DNA of 32,000 bases from Microcystis aeruginosa NIES-2549 (GTDB lineage: Bacteria > Cyanobacteriota > Cyanobacteriia > Cyanobacteriales > Microcystaceae), in NCBI RefSeq assembly GCF_000981785.2, contig NZ_CP011304.1, forward strand, positions 3,240,001 to 3,272,000. The letters run 5' to 3'. The notes below the pieces were generated by a model. That model made no database searches and was not told the origin of the DNA. It saw only the letters and a list, made by a program, of their open reading frames with translations. Made by a program: the position numbers and the translations under genes. Positions 23,988 to 32,000 of this stretch are shown piece after piece (position 1 is the stretch's first letter; each line of letters begins with the position of its first letter).

Positions 23988-25478
23988 CTAATCTTTAGAT
24001 AAATTGCCAGAAACATACCAAGTAAAACCGCCGCCGATAACTGCCATAACTGCTAAAGCTAATAGTACTGGTCGGAGTCCGAATTGAGTTTCGGCGATAC
24101 CCGCGACAGCTAGGGGTAAAGAGAGGGCAATATTAACGGCATTGTTTTCTAAACCAAAGACTTTACCGCGCATTTCAGGGGGTGTATCTGCCTGTAGGGT
24201 AGTTTGCATGGGAACCCCGACTAAAGCGGCAAAAATCCCTAATAAAGCGGTCATAGCGAAGGCTAAAATTAAACTCTTTGTGGCTAGAGATAAACCGATT
24301 AAAGCTGCCGCCATACCCAGGGAACCCCAGAGACTTAATTGGGTGTGGGAGAATTTTTGGCCCCAATAACCCAAAGTAATGGCACTAACTGCCATTCCTG
24401 CACCACAGGAGGCTAATAAAAAGCCGAATTGAGAAGCTTTTAACCCGGGTAGTTTTTCCGCCATACTGACAGCTAATACCGATAGAGCAGCAAAAATACA
24501 GAATAAGATGACTAATTGAATCAGAGCGTTACGAACTTTATGATTTTTGTTGAGGTAACGAATGCCGTCGCGGATGTCTTCCCAAACATGGGGCTGTTCT
24601 GCGGTAGGAATAACATATTTTTCGTTAGTTCGTAGGATAATTAGAATTAAACCAGCAATTACATAAAAAGCACCGACAATCATCACTTTGCCAATATCAA
24701 ATTGTCCGGCTCTCGTGCCGAAAATGCTATCGGCAAAAGCTAATACTGGTTCACCGATGGCAAAACCGATAATTAATACCGCCATGGTGGTTAAAGTGTT
24801 GAGGGAATTAGCCGGTAGAAGATGACGACGTTTTACCACTAATGGCAGGGTAGATTGTTCGGCGGGGGCAAAAAATTGGGTTAGGGTGGAGACAAGAAAA
24901 GTAATGACTAACAATAGGAAAAAACCGAAGGGTAAATTAAATTCTCCCTGTAGCCGGTAATGCCAATTTCTTAAACCGTCAGGCAACCAACCGAGGGGAA
25001 CGGCTAAAGTTTGCTCGCGCACTAACCATAATAATAGGGGAATGAGGAGGACAAAAGCCCCGCGTAAAAGGTTAGAAATAACTAAAACTTGTTTTTTTAA
25101 CCATCTATCAACATATACACCCGCCACCGAACCCACTAACACCGCCGGAATTGTATTAGCAATCATTATCGCCGATACCCAGCCACTAATCGACTGATCG
25201 GCTTCTTGGTAATGGGTGGCAATTAGGGATATCATCAGGACTAAATAGAATTTATCCGCTAATTGGGAAAAAATTCCCCCCGCCCAGAGAATGAGAAAGC
25301 GCGGGTTTTTTAGCACTGGGGCAAAACCCTGACTAGGATTGGATTTGGGCGCACGTTTAGGCAAGCGGTTCATGGTTTCTGTGTTGGATTGCCTCGGTGA
25401 GGAATCGGAAGAATTAAAAACAGGTGTGGAGGAGTCGCTAGAATTAGCGTCGCTAGTTTCTGAGTCAAACAGTTGCAT
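23988..25478 (-). CDS. MFS-family transporter
   Basis: About 12 predicted hydrophobic segments follow a Ser-rich hydrophilic N-terminal tail. The start could be further downstream (for example MNRLPKR). Confidence 0.75.
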   Translation of the reverse strand: MQLFDSETSDANSSDSSTPVFNSSDSSPRQSNTETMNRLPKRAPKSNPSQGFAPVLKNPRFLILWAGGIFSQLADKFYLVLMISLIATHYQEADQSISGWVSAIMIANTIPAVLVGSVAGVYVDRWLKKQVLVISNLLRGAFVLLIPLLLWLVREQTLAVPLGWLPDGLRNWHYRLQGEFNLPFGFFLLLVITFLVSTLTQFFAPAEQSTLPLVVKRRHLLPANSLNTLTTMAVLIIGFAIGEPVLAFADSIFGTRAGQFDIGKVMIVGAFYVIAGLILIILRTNEKYVIPTAEQPHVWEDIRDGIRYLNKNHKVRNALIQLVILFCIFAALSVLAVSMAEKLPGLKASQFGFLLASCGAGMAVSAITLGYWGQKFSHTQLSLWGSLGMAAALIGLSLATKSLILAFAMTALLGIFAALVGVPMQTTLQADTPPEMRGKVFGLENNAVNIALSLPLAVAGIAETQFGLRPVLLALAVMAVIGGGFTWYVSGNLSKD

Positions 25479-25500
25479 TATGATAACTTTTACTATCTGT

Positions 25501-26283
25501 TTAAAATTCTAAGGGAGATAAACCCTCAACTAATGCCGAGGAGCGAAAAGTTTTTCCCAGATGATATTGAGTATAGCGGCGCAGCAGGCGATCGAGGTTA
25601 ATCCAAGCTAGTTCTGAGGCAAGGTTTTCTGGTGGGGGAAAATCGGTTTTTCCTAGGCATTGCAGTAATTGCAGTTCTTGCAACGTCAGTTTACTATCGA
25701 TTTTGGGTGGGTTGATTATTTCTGTTAGGGCAGCTAGATCTATTATTCCCCCTGCCTCGAAACTAAATCCTAGGCAATTGTTCCCAATTAAAGCTTTTCC
25801 CGTCAACAGGCAGTTATGGACTTGCGGCACTAAACCGGCAATTATTAAGAAATGAAAAATTGCTTGACAAAGATAGGGAAGTATGTATTGATTCTCGTCG
25901 AGGACTTCAATTCTGGCCAGATGGCCGCAGATTAATTCGTATAATTCCCTCTGGGGTTGTTCACTCAGGGCGATCGCCAAAACCAGTTCGCAGAGGTATT
26001 GGCTAACGGTGAGTTTGGCGAGATTTTGACTTAATTTGGGATAAGATTCAATAGTTTCGGCTTGAACGACCTTATCTAGGGATTTTCCTGCGACTATTAA
26101 CAGATTATTGACCACAAATAGTTCACTTCTACCCCGGAGGGAAGATTTATACTTGCGCGCACCGGGGGCAATGGCTCTAATTAAACCATATTCGGCGGTC
26201 AAAATAGTTAAGAGGCGATCGGCCTCTCCGAAGGCCATTCCTTGTAGATTGATTCCAGTAGCTTGATAGGTACGAGACATCAT
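25501..26283 (-). CDS. recO: DNA repair protein RecO
   Basis: SRTYQATGINLQGMAFGEADRLLTILTAEYGLIRAIAPGARKYKSSLRGRSELFVVNNLLI is the RecO N-terminal OB-fold signature, and the length fits. Confidence 0.85.
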   Translation of the reverse strand: MMSRTYQATGINLQGMAFGEADRLLTILTAEYGLIRAIAPGARKYKSSLRGRSELFVVNNLLIVAGKSLDKVVQAETIESYPKLSQNLAKLTVSQYLCELVLAIALSEQPQRELYELICGHLARIEVLDENQYILPYLCQAIFHFLIIAGLVPQVHNCLLTGKALIGNNCLGFSFEAGGIIDLAALTEIINPPKIDSKLTLQELQLLQCLGKTDFPPPENLASELAWINLDRLLRRYTQYHLGKTFRSSALVEGLSPLEF

Positions 26284-26380
26284 TGATAGCAGTTATCTTA
26301 ATGGTGAGGTAGGAAGTTTTCGTTTGGGGGAGACTCCGAGAGGACTCCCTCTAAAACCTACACCCTGCTCCCACGAAAAA

Positions 26381-26399
26381 CTTTTTCGGCAAACCCTAG
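26381..26399. repeat. Dispersed motif CTTTTTCGGCAAACCCTAG (same family as 12615-12635)
   Basis: See 12615..12635. It is preceded by CTACACCCTGCTCCCACGAAAAA. Confidence 0.75.
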
Positions 26400-26464
26400 C
26401 TAATTGTCTCCCCAAGAAGACTTGAGCTAATCGCCAAGCAAAAGGGGAACTATGGAGGAGATGC

Positions 26465-26489
26465 TATGGGGGTTAGCGGACTCGAACCG
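26465..26489 (-). other. Orphan tRNA 3' portion (T-arm plus 3' acceptor strand) with no matching 5' half
   Basis: The minus strand reads AGCGG-TTCGAGT-CCGCT-AACCCCC-A, a canonical T stem-loop, 7-nt acceptor strand and discriminator. The required 5' strand GGGGGTT is absent from the next ~370 nt upstream. Confidence 0.5.
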
Positions 26490-26750
26490 CTTTAGCAATC
26501 TCAAAACTGGCAACTACATTATCTGAATTTCTCTCCCAGTCAACCATTGAATAAAAATGGGAGAGAAATGGGAGAAAGTTTAATCGGGGACAAGGTAATT
26601 TCGATGAGTATAATGACTTATTGAAGTTTTGGGACAAGAAATAAGCGGAGTTAAGGGAACACAAGGGAGTTAACCTTAAAAACGAAAAAGGTAAAACTAT
26701 CAGTCTGAGATTCACTTTAGCAGGTAAGATAGTCGCTAAGTTATATGTAA

Positions 26751-26835
26751 TGGGCGGAGTCGGACTCGAACCGACATGAGGGGCTGCCTCGCCACATTTT
26801 GAGTGTGGTGCGTCTACCAATTTCGCCATTCGCCC
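26751..26835 (-). tRNA. tRNA-Leu (anticodon CAA)
   Basis: Hand-folded 85-nt sequence GGGCGAA-TG-GCGAAATTGGTAGACGC-A-CCACA-CTCAAAA-TGTGG-long variable arm-GTCGG-TTCGAGT-CCGAC-TCCGCCC-A. It is a type II tRNA with anticodon loop CT-CAA-AA. There is one A-C mismatch in the acceptor stem, and CCA is not encoded. Confidence 0.85.
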
Positions 26836-27701
26836 TTGGCATTAGTTTTATCATTATAACCTATTTTTGGCCCCTTTAACAAATTTTGATAATCGGGGGA
26901 ACTGGCCCAACGATCGATTTCTCGCGCACGCAGGACGGGGAGGGGATGGGTTAACTGTTGGGTTTGCAAACCCTTTAACATTTCGCCCATTTCCGAGGTG
27001 CTGACGGCATCGTAGGACTTGGCCTGATCGATAAAAGCCTCTAAATTTAATAAAGGTGCGAGACTGGGGGAACCCCCGGCTAACTTCATTAACACCGACA
27101 TGACGATTTTTGGGTCTTGAACTGCCAATAAAGCCGCTCGATCGCAACTAAACTCGGCGCAGCGCACCCATGCTAACATTCTCTCCTGTAGGGATCGTGC
27201 TAACATTGTCCCCCAATTGGGCAGTAATCCCGCCGCTAGGACCATAATATTGGCTAAAGTCAGATAAACGCCGTGTTCACATTTGAGATGACCTAATTCG
27301 TGGGCCATTACCGCTTGAATTTCTGCGGGAGTCAGCATTTCAATTAGGGAAGTGTGCATCACCATAAACGGTTTTTTGCCGCGCATGGCGAAGGTATAGG
27401 CGTTAGGAACGGGGTTTTGTTGAATGTATAATTGAGGTGGTTCTAAGTCGAGAACTCGGCAAGCTTCTAGGAGGAGATTATGCAGGTCGGGTAATTGTTT
27501 TTCTCCCACCAAAACACTAGCAGCAATATTATTTAAGTAAAAGAATTCCTCAGCAACGGAACCTAATAAACTTCTTACGGCTATATCTAACCCAGGCAAT
27601 TGTTTAAGGGAATTAGTGGCCTCTAGGTCGATGGGATGCCGAAAATCATTGGCTTTTAAGCCGAGTAATAACTGTTTTGATAATTCCATATTCTTATTCA
27701 T
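26814..27701 (-). CDS. M48-family zinc metallopeptidase
   Basis: The HExxH motif is AHELGHLKCEH, with flanking hydrophobic segments typical of the M48/HtpX-like family. The last 7 codons and the TAG stop lie inside the tRNA-Leu gene. Confidence 0.8.
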   Translation of the reverse strand: MNKNMELSKQLLLGLKANDFRHPIDLEATNSLKQLPGLDIAVRSLLGSVAEEFFYLNNIAASVLVGEKQLPDLHNLLLEACRVLDLEPPQLYIQQNPVPNAYTFAMRGKKPFMVMHTSLIEMLTPAEIQAVMAHELGHLKCEHGVYLTLANIMVLAAGLLPNWGTMLARSLQERMLAWVRCAEFSCDRAALLAVQDPKIVMSVLMKLAGGSPSLAPLLNLEAFIDQAKSYDAVSTSEMGEMLKGLQTQQLTHPLPVLRAREIDRWASSPDYQNLLKGPKIGYNDKTNAKGEWRNW

Positions 27702-28113
27702 TTAACCAAACTTTAACGCGTTCTAAACTTTTCCAATCGGGTTTTCTAGCTAAACCATCGGCGATATTTTCATCCACTTCTTGGCGAACTTCTTTGTTTA
27801 AACTAATTAATTGTTGCACCAGTTCGATATGTTCCCTAACTCCGGCGGTTTTGGTTTCCAACATAGCTAAAACCAAATTGATCCGGTTTTGGGGGGAAAC
27901 TTTATCGAGTTTAACGGCTTTTTGGGCGGCTTTTAGGGCTAATTCCGGTTTATCGGTGAGCATATATAACCAAGCCAAACAGGACCAAACGGCGGCATTT
28001 TTAGGAGTGCGATCGCTTAATTCTTTAAATTCGGGCAATAAACTGGCGGCACTTTCTCCCTGTTGGTAGCGTTCTAAACCTTGTTCGAGGGTAAAATTGG
28101 CGGTTTCTGTCAT
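27694..28113 (-). CDS. Small TPR-like helical-repeat protein
   Basis: This 139-aa ORF has TPR-like AWSCLAWLYMLTDKPELALKAAQKAVKLD segments and overlaps the M48 gene start by 8 nt. Confidence 0.55.
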   Translation of the reverse strand: MTETANFTLEQGLERYQQGESAASLLPEFKELSDRTPKNAAVWSCLAWLYMLTDKPELALKAAQKAVKLDKVSPQNRINLVLAMLETKTAGVREHIELVQQLISLNKEVRQEVDENIADGLARKPDWKSLERVKVWLNE

Positions 28114-28232
28114 TTTCAGTTGCGGGGTTAATCAAGGAGCAAATTTAACGGTTATCGGTGTATTAGCCATGGTTAATACAATTCACCTTCATCTAGTATT
28201 CTAGCAAAATTTGTCCCCTTGTCAGTAAAATT

Positions 28233-28970
28233 TTAAAAGACGATGCCCCGTTCTCGCCAGATCATCAATAGGCCACTCATCGAAACGAATAACATCACTG
28301 CTTGTTTAAATTGTTGGGGACTCATTTTTTCTAAAACTTTTTGTCCTAACCAATTACCTGGCCAGGCCGCTAATCCTAATAATAAACCGTAACCGAGAAA
28401 GGGCAGATGTAAAACTCCAAAGGCTGCGTAGGCGATTAATTTGGCCACATGAACTACTACCATGTGAACGGATTTCGTTGCCACCATTGGTTCTTTAACT
28501 AGCCCATAGTTGATATAAAACAGGTTCATCATCGGGCCGGTACTACCGACTAATCCCGACAGGAAAGCGTAGATAAATCCCGAGGGCATAAAATACCAAG
28601 TTTTAATCTCAAAAAAAGGATTTTCTTCTTGGGGAAATAATTGTTTAAGCGAGGAGAAAACCAGAAAAATTCCCAAAACTAGCGGCAACCATTTGAATTG
28701 TAAATGGGCAAAGACAAAAGCACCGAGGGTAGATCCCATAATTGCCCCGGGTAAATACCACACCGTCGAGGGCCAGTCAATGGCGCGCCAATACATTCCC
28801 ATGCGTTGGACGTTACCGAGTAGCATCCCCGTGGTCAAAACCGGAGGAATGACGGCAGCATCGAGAAACCAACCTAAAACGGGGAGTAGAATCAGGGGAC
28901 TGCCCCCACCAGCAAGGGTACTAAAAAACCAAGCTAGACTACCTGCCAACATCAAGGTAACAATGATCAT
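28233..28970 (-). CDS. TauE/SafE (DUF81) family anion-exporter-like membrane protein
   Basis: This 245-aa polytopic protein has G-rich TM segments (LAGGGSPLILLPVL, GLVGSTGPMMN) typical of the family. Confidence 0.75.
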   Translation of the reverse strand: MIIVTLMLAGSLAWFFSTLAGGGSPLILLPVLGWFLDAAVIPPVLTTGMLLGNVQRMGMYWRAIDWPSTVWYLPGAIMGSTLGAFVFAHLQFKWLPLVLGIFLVFSSLKQLFPQEENPFFEIKTWYFMPSGFIYAFLSGLVGSTGPMMNLFYINYGLVKEPMVATKSVHMVVVHVAKLIAYAAFGVLHLPFLGYGLLLGLAAWPGNWLGQKVLEKMSPQQFKQAVMLFVSMSGLLMIWRERGIVF

Positions 28971-29001
28971 CGAGTTGTAAAGTTAAGTTAAAAAGAGCTA
29001 C

Positions 29002-29769
29002 TTAATCTATTATGATATCCTCTTTGGGGTCTTCATCAGTATAATGCCATTCCACATTGGGCATAGCCTCGAAAGCTTGCCGGACGTAATCCTCCCAGAG
29101 TTTCCGCATTTTGGCTAGGTAGGGATCTCCTAGGCGCAATTGTAACTTATGACGTAGGCTTAGGCTATTCGCTTCATACATACTCAAATAGATAGGCGGT
29201 CCGACGGAAATATTCGATTTCATGGTCGAATCGATGGAAAGTAAGGCACATTTAGCCATTTCCTCTAGGGGTGTATCATAGGTAATAGTGCGATCGAGAA
29301 TCGGTTTACCGTATTTAGTTTCACCTATCTGTAAAAAGGGCGTTTCTTTGGTGGCTTGAATATGATTTCCCTGGGGATAAATCAGGAATAATTGCTGGTC
29401 TTCTCCTTTAATTTGTCCCCCAAGAATAAAGTTACATTTAAAATCAATATTATCTTGTTCTAGCCAAGTTCTTTCCCTAGCTTGTACTTGACGACTTTTA
29501 TCACCGATATAGTGGGCGATATCGTAGAGATGATTCAGAGAATGGAGATTTTTATCCTCTTGATTGTGCAGGTCTCTTTTTAGTTCGTGAATCACTCCTT
29601 GGCTAATCGATAAATTGCCGGATGTGCAGACCATAATTACCCTTTCTCCCGACACCGAAAAATCAAATAATTTCCGATAGGCCGAGATATAATCGACTCC
29701 CGCATTTGTACGAGAATCCGCCCCCATAACAATGCCAAAACGATTGATAATTCCTAAACAGTAAGTCAT
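29002..29769 (-). CDS. Anbu-type bacterial proteasome beta-subunit homologue (peptidase T1 family)
   Basis: The N-terminus is M-TYCLGIINRFGIVMGADSRTNAGVDYIS, so Thr is the first residue after Met with no propeptide. The length of ~255 aa fits Anbu proteins. Confidence 0.7.
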   Translation of the reverse strand: MTYCLGIINRFGIVMGADSRTNAGVDYISAYRKLFDFSVSGERVIMVCTSGNLSISQGVIHELKRDLHNQEDKNLHSLNHLYDIAHYIGDKSRQVQARERTWLEQDNIDFKCNFILGGQIKGEDQQLFLIYPQGNHIQATKETPFLQIGETKYGKPILDRTITYDTPLEEMAKCALLSIDSTMKSNISVGPPIYLSMYEANSLSLRHKLQLRLGDPYLAKMRKLWEDYVRQAFEAMPNVEWHYTDEDPKEDIIID

Positions 29770-29772
29770 TTT

Positions 29773-29917
29773 CAGTTATCAGTAAACAGTAATCAGTGAA
29801 CAGTAATTAGTAATTAGTAATCAGTAATCAGTAAAGAGTGATCGGCGAATAATACCATTTAAAACTTAAAACTTAAAACTTTAATCTGATAACTGATAAC
29901 TGATAACTGATAACTGA
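29773..29917. repeat. Composite short-tandem-repeat block filling the Anbu-fabG intergenic region
   Basis: Degenerate CAGTNAT-type heptamers span 29773-29839. AAAACTT x3 spans 29861-29880. CTGATAA x4.5 spans 29886-29917. Confidence 0.9.
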
Positions 29918-29918
29918 A

Positions 29919-30683
29919 TTAAGCCATAACCATACCACCATCGACGTTAAAGACTTGACCAGTGATATAAATAGCGGCGGGATCGGCGGCTAAAAAACGC
30001 ACCATTCCGGCTACTTCTTCCGGTTTTCCATAACGGGAGAGGGGGATATATTTGAGAATTTCATCTGCTTTGAGGTCATGAGTCATATCGGTTTCAATAA
30101 AGCCGGGGGCCACGGCATTAACAGTAATGCCTCGACTGGAAAATTCTTTGGCTAAAGTTTTCGTTAAACCGATAACACCAGCTTTAGCGGCGCTGTAATT
30201 AGATTGACCCGGATTACCCATCAAACCGGATACAGAAGTGATGTTAATTATGCGGCCGCTTTTCTGTTTTAACATCAATTTACCGACGGCGCGAGTGCAG
30301 AGAAAAACCCCGGTTAAATTGAGATCGATGACCGCTTGCCAGTCTTCTAATTTCATTCTTAACATTAGGGTATCCCGGGTAATACCGGCATTATTAACTA
30401 AGACATCAATATGACCGAATTTTTCCTTGGTACTGTCCACTAAATTATCCACTTCTTCGCTTTTAGCCACATCTGCTTGTAGAGCGATTGCCTTTCCCCC
30501 AGCCGCGGTAATTTCTTCGACAACGGCATCGGCAGCACTGCTAGATTTAGCATAGTTCACCACTACAGTAGCACCCTGGCTGGCTAATTCCAAGGCGATC
30601 GCTTTACCGATTCCTCGCGAGGCCCCGGTTACTATGGCTACTTTGTCTTGTAAATGCTGGCATTCTGCGGGTAATAGTTTCAT
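29919..30683 (-). CDS. fabG: 3-oxoacyl-[acyl-carrier-protein] reductase
   Basis: VAIVTGASRGIGKAIALELA...VLVNNAGITRD...NITSVSGLMGNPGQSNYSAAKAG...FNVDGGMVMA is an SDR with the FabG signature. The start is set to ATG 30683 (M11 of the track ORF), and ATG 30695 is also possible. Confidence 0.9.
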   Translation of the reverse strand: MKLLPAECQHLQDKVAIVTGASRGIGKAIALELASQGATVVVNYAKSSSAADAVVEEITAAGGKAIALQADVAKSEEVDNLVDSTKEKFGHIDVLVNNAGITRDTLMLRMKLEDWQAVIDLNLTGVFLCTRAVGKLMLKQKSGRIINITSVSGLMGNPGQSNYSAAKAGVIGLTKTLAKEFSSRGITVNAVAPGFIETDMTHDLKADEILKYIPLSRYGKPEEVAGMVRFLAADPAAIYITGQVFNVDGGMVMA

Positions 30684-30836
30684 AATTTTCTGCATTCCCC
30701 AAATAATCGTCAAATCTCAAGAGAAAACTCTGTACTGATAACTTTGCTCAAAACAATTCATTATCTCACAAGCGGGTTAATTTGACCGCAGCCATCCTCA
30801 AGTGCGATCGCTCTGTCCCCACTTTCCTGTATAGTA

Positions 30837-31736
30837 TCAGGGAGAATTGGCCGCCACTAATTGATCGAGTTGTTGCTGCATCAAATAACAGACTTTCTCA
30901 TAACATTCGCGTACATAACGGCGGTCCCGGGCCGCTTTTTTGCCGTAACGTTCAAAAATAATTGGGGGACAAACCCGCGTCTGTATCGGCACAGGTAAGG
31001 GAATATTCGGCAAGGGACCGATAGCTAGTCCCCAGGGTAAACCGAAATAGATGGGACAGGTCCCGGGGTCAATACCGAAGGGCCAAGGCATACCCTGTTT
31101 ATGCAATTCTTTTAATTGAGGATAAATATCGTCGAGGACAAACAGGGTCGAGTGAGCGCCGTGGGAAATGGCGGGAATAATCGGCACTTCGTACTGTAAA
31201 GCTAGTTTAACAAAAGCTAGATTACCGGCAAAATGAATTTTATTTCTTAAACTGTGGGGACGGAAAACATCCGTAGCACCTCCTGGATAAATTAGTACAC
31301 TAGCACCACTATTCAAAGCTGCAATCGCCATTTTCGGATGTGCATGAACGGCCCCCATTTGGGCCGCTAGATTAGCTTGGGATGGAAAAACTCGCCAGAC
31401 TCGCGAATCCATCAAACCATAGATTAAGCGCTCGCTGCCAAAGCGCTGAAACCAATCATACATCATCATAAACATATCGGGAGCCGCTAAACCGCCGTTA
31501 TGGGAGCCGATGAATAATACTTGTCCTGAGGGGGGAATATTTTCCCAACCATCGGTTTTAACGCGAAAATAATGGTGATAAAACCAATCCAGAAGGGGGA
31601 CAAATTTTTCGATCACTTGCGGATCCCGATCCTCTAATGACCAACCGGTGAGGGTATCAACAGGGGCCTTGGCCGCTTGTAGGGATAATTCGGCAAAAGT
31701 CGCCGTAGATGAGACAAAAGAACTAAAAATCTGCAT
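30837..31736 (-). CDS. Acyltransferase-family protein (lysophospholipid/glycerol-acyltransferase-like)
   Basis: FIGSHNGGLAAPD and YPGGATDVFR resemble the H-box and the downstream G-rich block of PlsC-like acyltransferases. The exact substrate is unknown. Confidence 0.6.
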   Translation of the reverse strand: MQIFSSFVSSTATFAELSLQAAKAPVDTLTGWSLEDRDPQVIEKFVPLLDWFYHHYFRVKTDGWENIPPSGQVLFIGSHNGGLAAPDMFMMMYDWFQRFGSERLIYGLMDSRVWRVFPSQANLAAQMGAVHAHPKMAIAALNSGASVLIYPGGATDVFRPHSLRNKIHFAGNLAFVKLALQYEVPIIPAISHGAHSTLFVLDDIYPQLKELHKQGMPWPFGIDPGTCPIYFGLPWGLAIGPLPNIPLPVPIQTRVCPPIIFERYGKKAARDRRYVRECYEKVCYLMQQQLDQLVAANSP

Positions 31737-31841
31737 TGATGCCCAGTTGATAATTTAAGCGCACCTTATTATCGCAAATTTCTGTTAAAAAACCCATCGT
31801 TTTAGAACGGCTTTCCTCGATAATTCTATCATTTTTAATGT

Positions 31842-32000
31842 CTAATCTTCACAGTTGAACCAATTTTTATCTAATAATTGCTCTAAACTGTAAGGACATT
31901 CTGAGGGAAAATCGCCAGAAAAACCAGTTTTTTGTTGAACATAATCGAAAGCATCCTGATAGATTATCGGTAATTCCTCAGCCAAATAATTCTGTAAATT
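31842..32000 (-). CDS. DUF29-family protein, C-terminal 52 aa (5' part outside the window)
   Basis: Manual translation gives NLQNYLAEELPIIYQDAFDYVQQKTGFSGDFPSECPYSLEQLLDKNWFNCED*. The ...FPxECPYxLEQxLDxxW ending is characteristic of cyanobacterial DUF29 proteins. Confidence 0.6.
   Translation of the reverse strand, partial: NLQNYLAEELPIIYQDAFDYVQQKTGFSGDFPSECPYSLEQLLDKNWFNCED

Noticed and set aside
26583-26645. GGGGACAAG / GGGACAAG strings resembling the MITE TIR core
   Set aside because: The match is only 8-9 nt without the CTGACA part. That is expected by chance at this window size.
26491-26750. Group I intron splitting a tRNA (as in cyanobacterial tRNA-Leu(UAA) or tRNA-fMet)
   Set aside because: No 5' exon with the required GGGGGTT acceptor strand or a D-arm exists upstream. 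The adjacent tRNA-Leu(CAA) is complete on its own, and I could not recognise conserved group I core elements. I kept it only as an orphan tRNA fragment.
26473-26829. 118-aa minus-strand ORF
   Set aside because: It starts inside tRNA-Leu and runs through the tRNA fragment and hairpin region, so it translates structural RNA/repeat sequence.
28211-28232. TTTGTCCCCTTGTCAG, resembling the MITE terminal inverted repeat (CTTGTCCCCCTGTCAG)
   Set aside because: It has two differences from the TIR. I found no partner inverted copy or target duplication within several hundred bp. It may be a solo or decayed end or chance similarity, and cannot be supported as an element.
30684-30713. N-terminal extension of fabG (track start at TTG 30713)
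   Set aside because: FabG homologues begin ~10 residues before the VAIVTGASRGIG motif, so the internal ATG at 30683 (or 30695) is more consistent.

Overview
This is a cyanobacterial chromosome segment. It looks Microcystis-like, an inference from frequent HIP1 GCGATCGC octamers, heptanucleotide tandem repeats in intergenic DNA, and btpA/VKOR-type gene content. The core genes are rimO, btpA, a VKOR-thioredoxin fusion, a PBP1 substrate-binding protein, an FTR1 iron permease with a ferritin-like protein, TPR proteins, ilvD, an MFS transporter, recO, tRNA-Leu(CAA), an M48 peptidase, a TauE-family protein, an Anbu proteasome homologue, fabG and an acyltransferase. Two visibly AT-rich, HIP1-free accessory tracts interrupt this core. 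Tract 1 (~3.05-7.8 kb) holds a restriction-modification module: an SPPY-type amino-methyltransferase, a putative PD-ExK endonuclease and an HTH-fused C5-cytosine methyltransferase. It is followed by a vapBC toxin-antitoxin cassette bracketed by direct and inverted repeats. Tract 2 (~14.5-23.9 kb) holds the most interesting content, a tightly coupled minus-strand operon. Its genes are a dynamin-like GTPase, a second P-loop GTPase-like protein, a 312-aa protein with no motif I recognise, and a STAND-type NTPase fused to a C-terminal vWA domain with a complete MIDAS motif. A 232-bp MITE with 16-bp terminal inverted repeats and a 9-bp target-site duplication splits the dynamin-like gene. Clean excision would restore a single 744-aa ORF. 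Next to this operon lie one intact and one truncated Rpn-family PD-(D/E)XK nuclease gene, each bracketed by copies of a conserved palindromic hairpin. I propose the NTPase/vWA operon as a candidate uncharacterised conflict (anti-phage) system. This rests on motif reading only, because no database search was possible.
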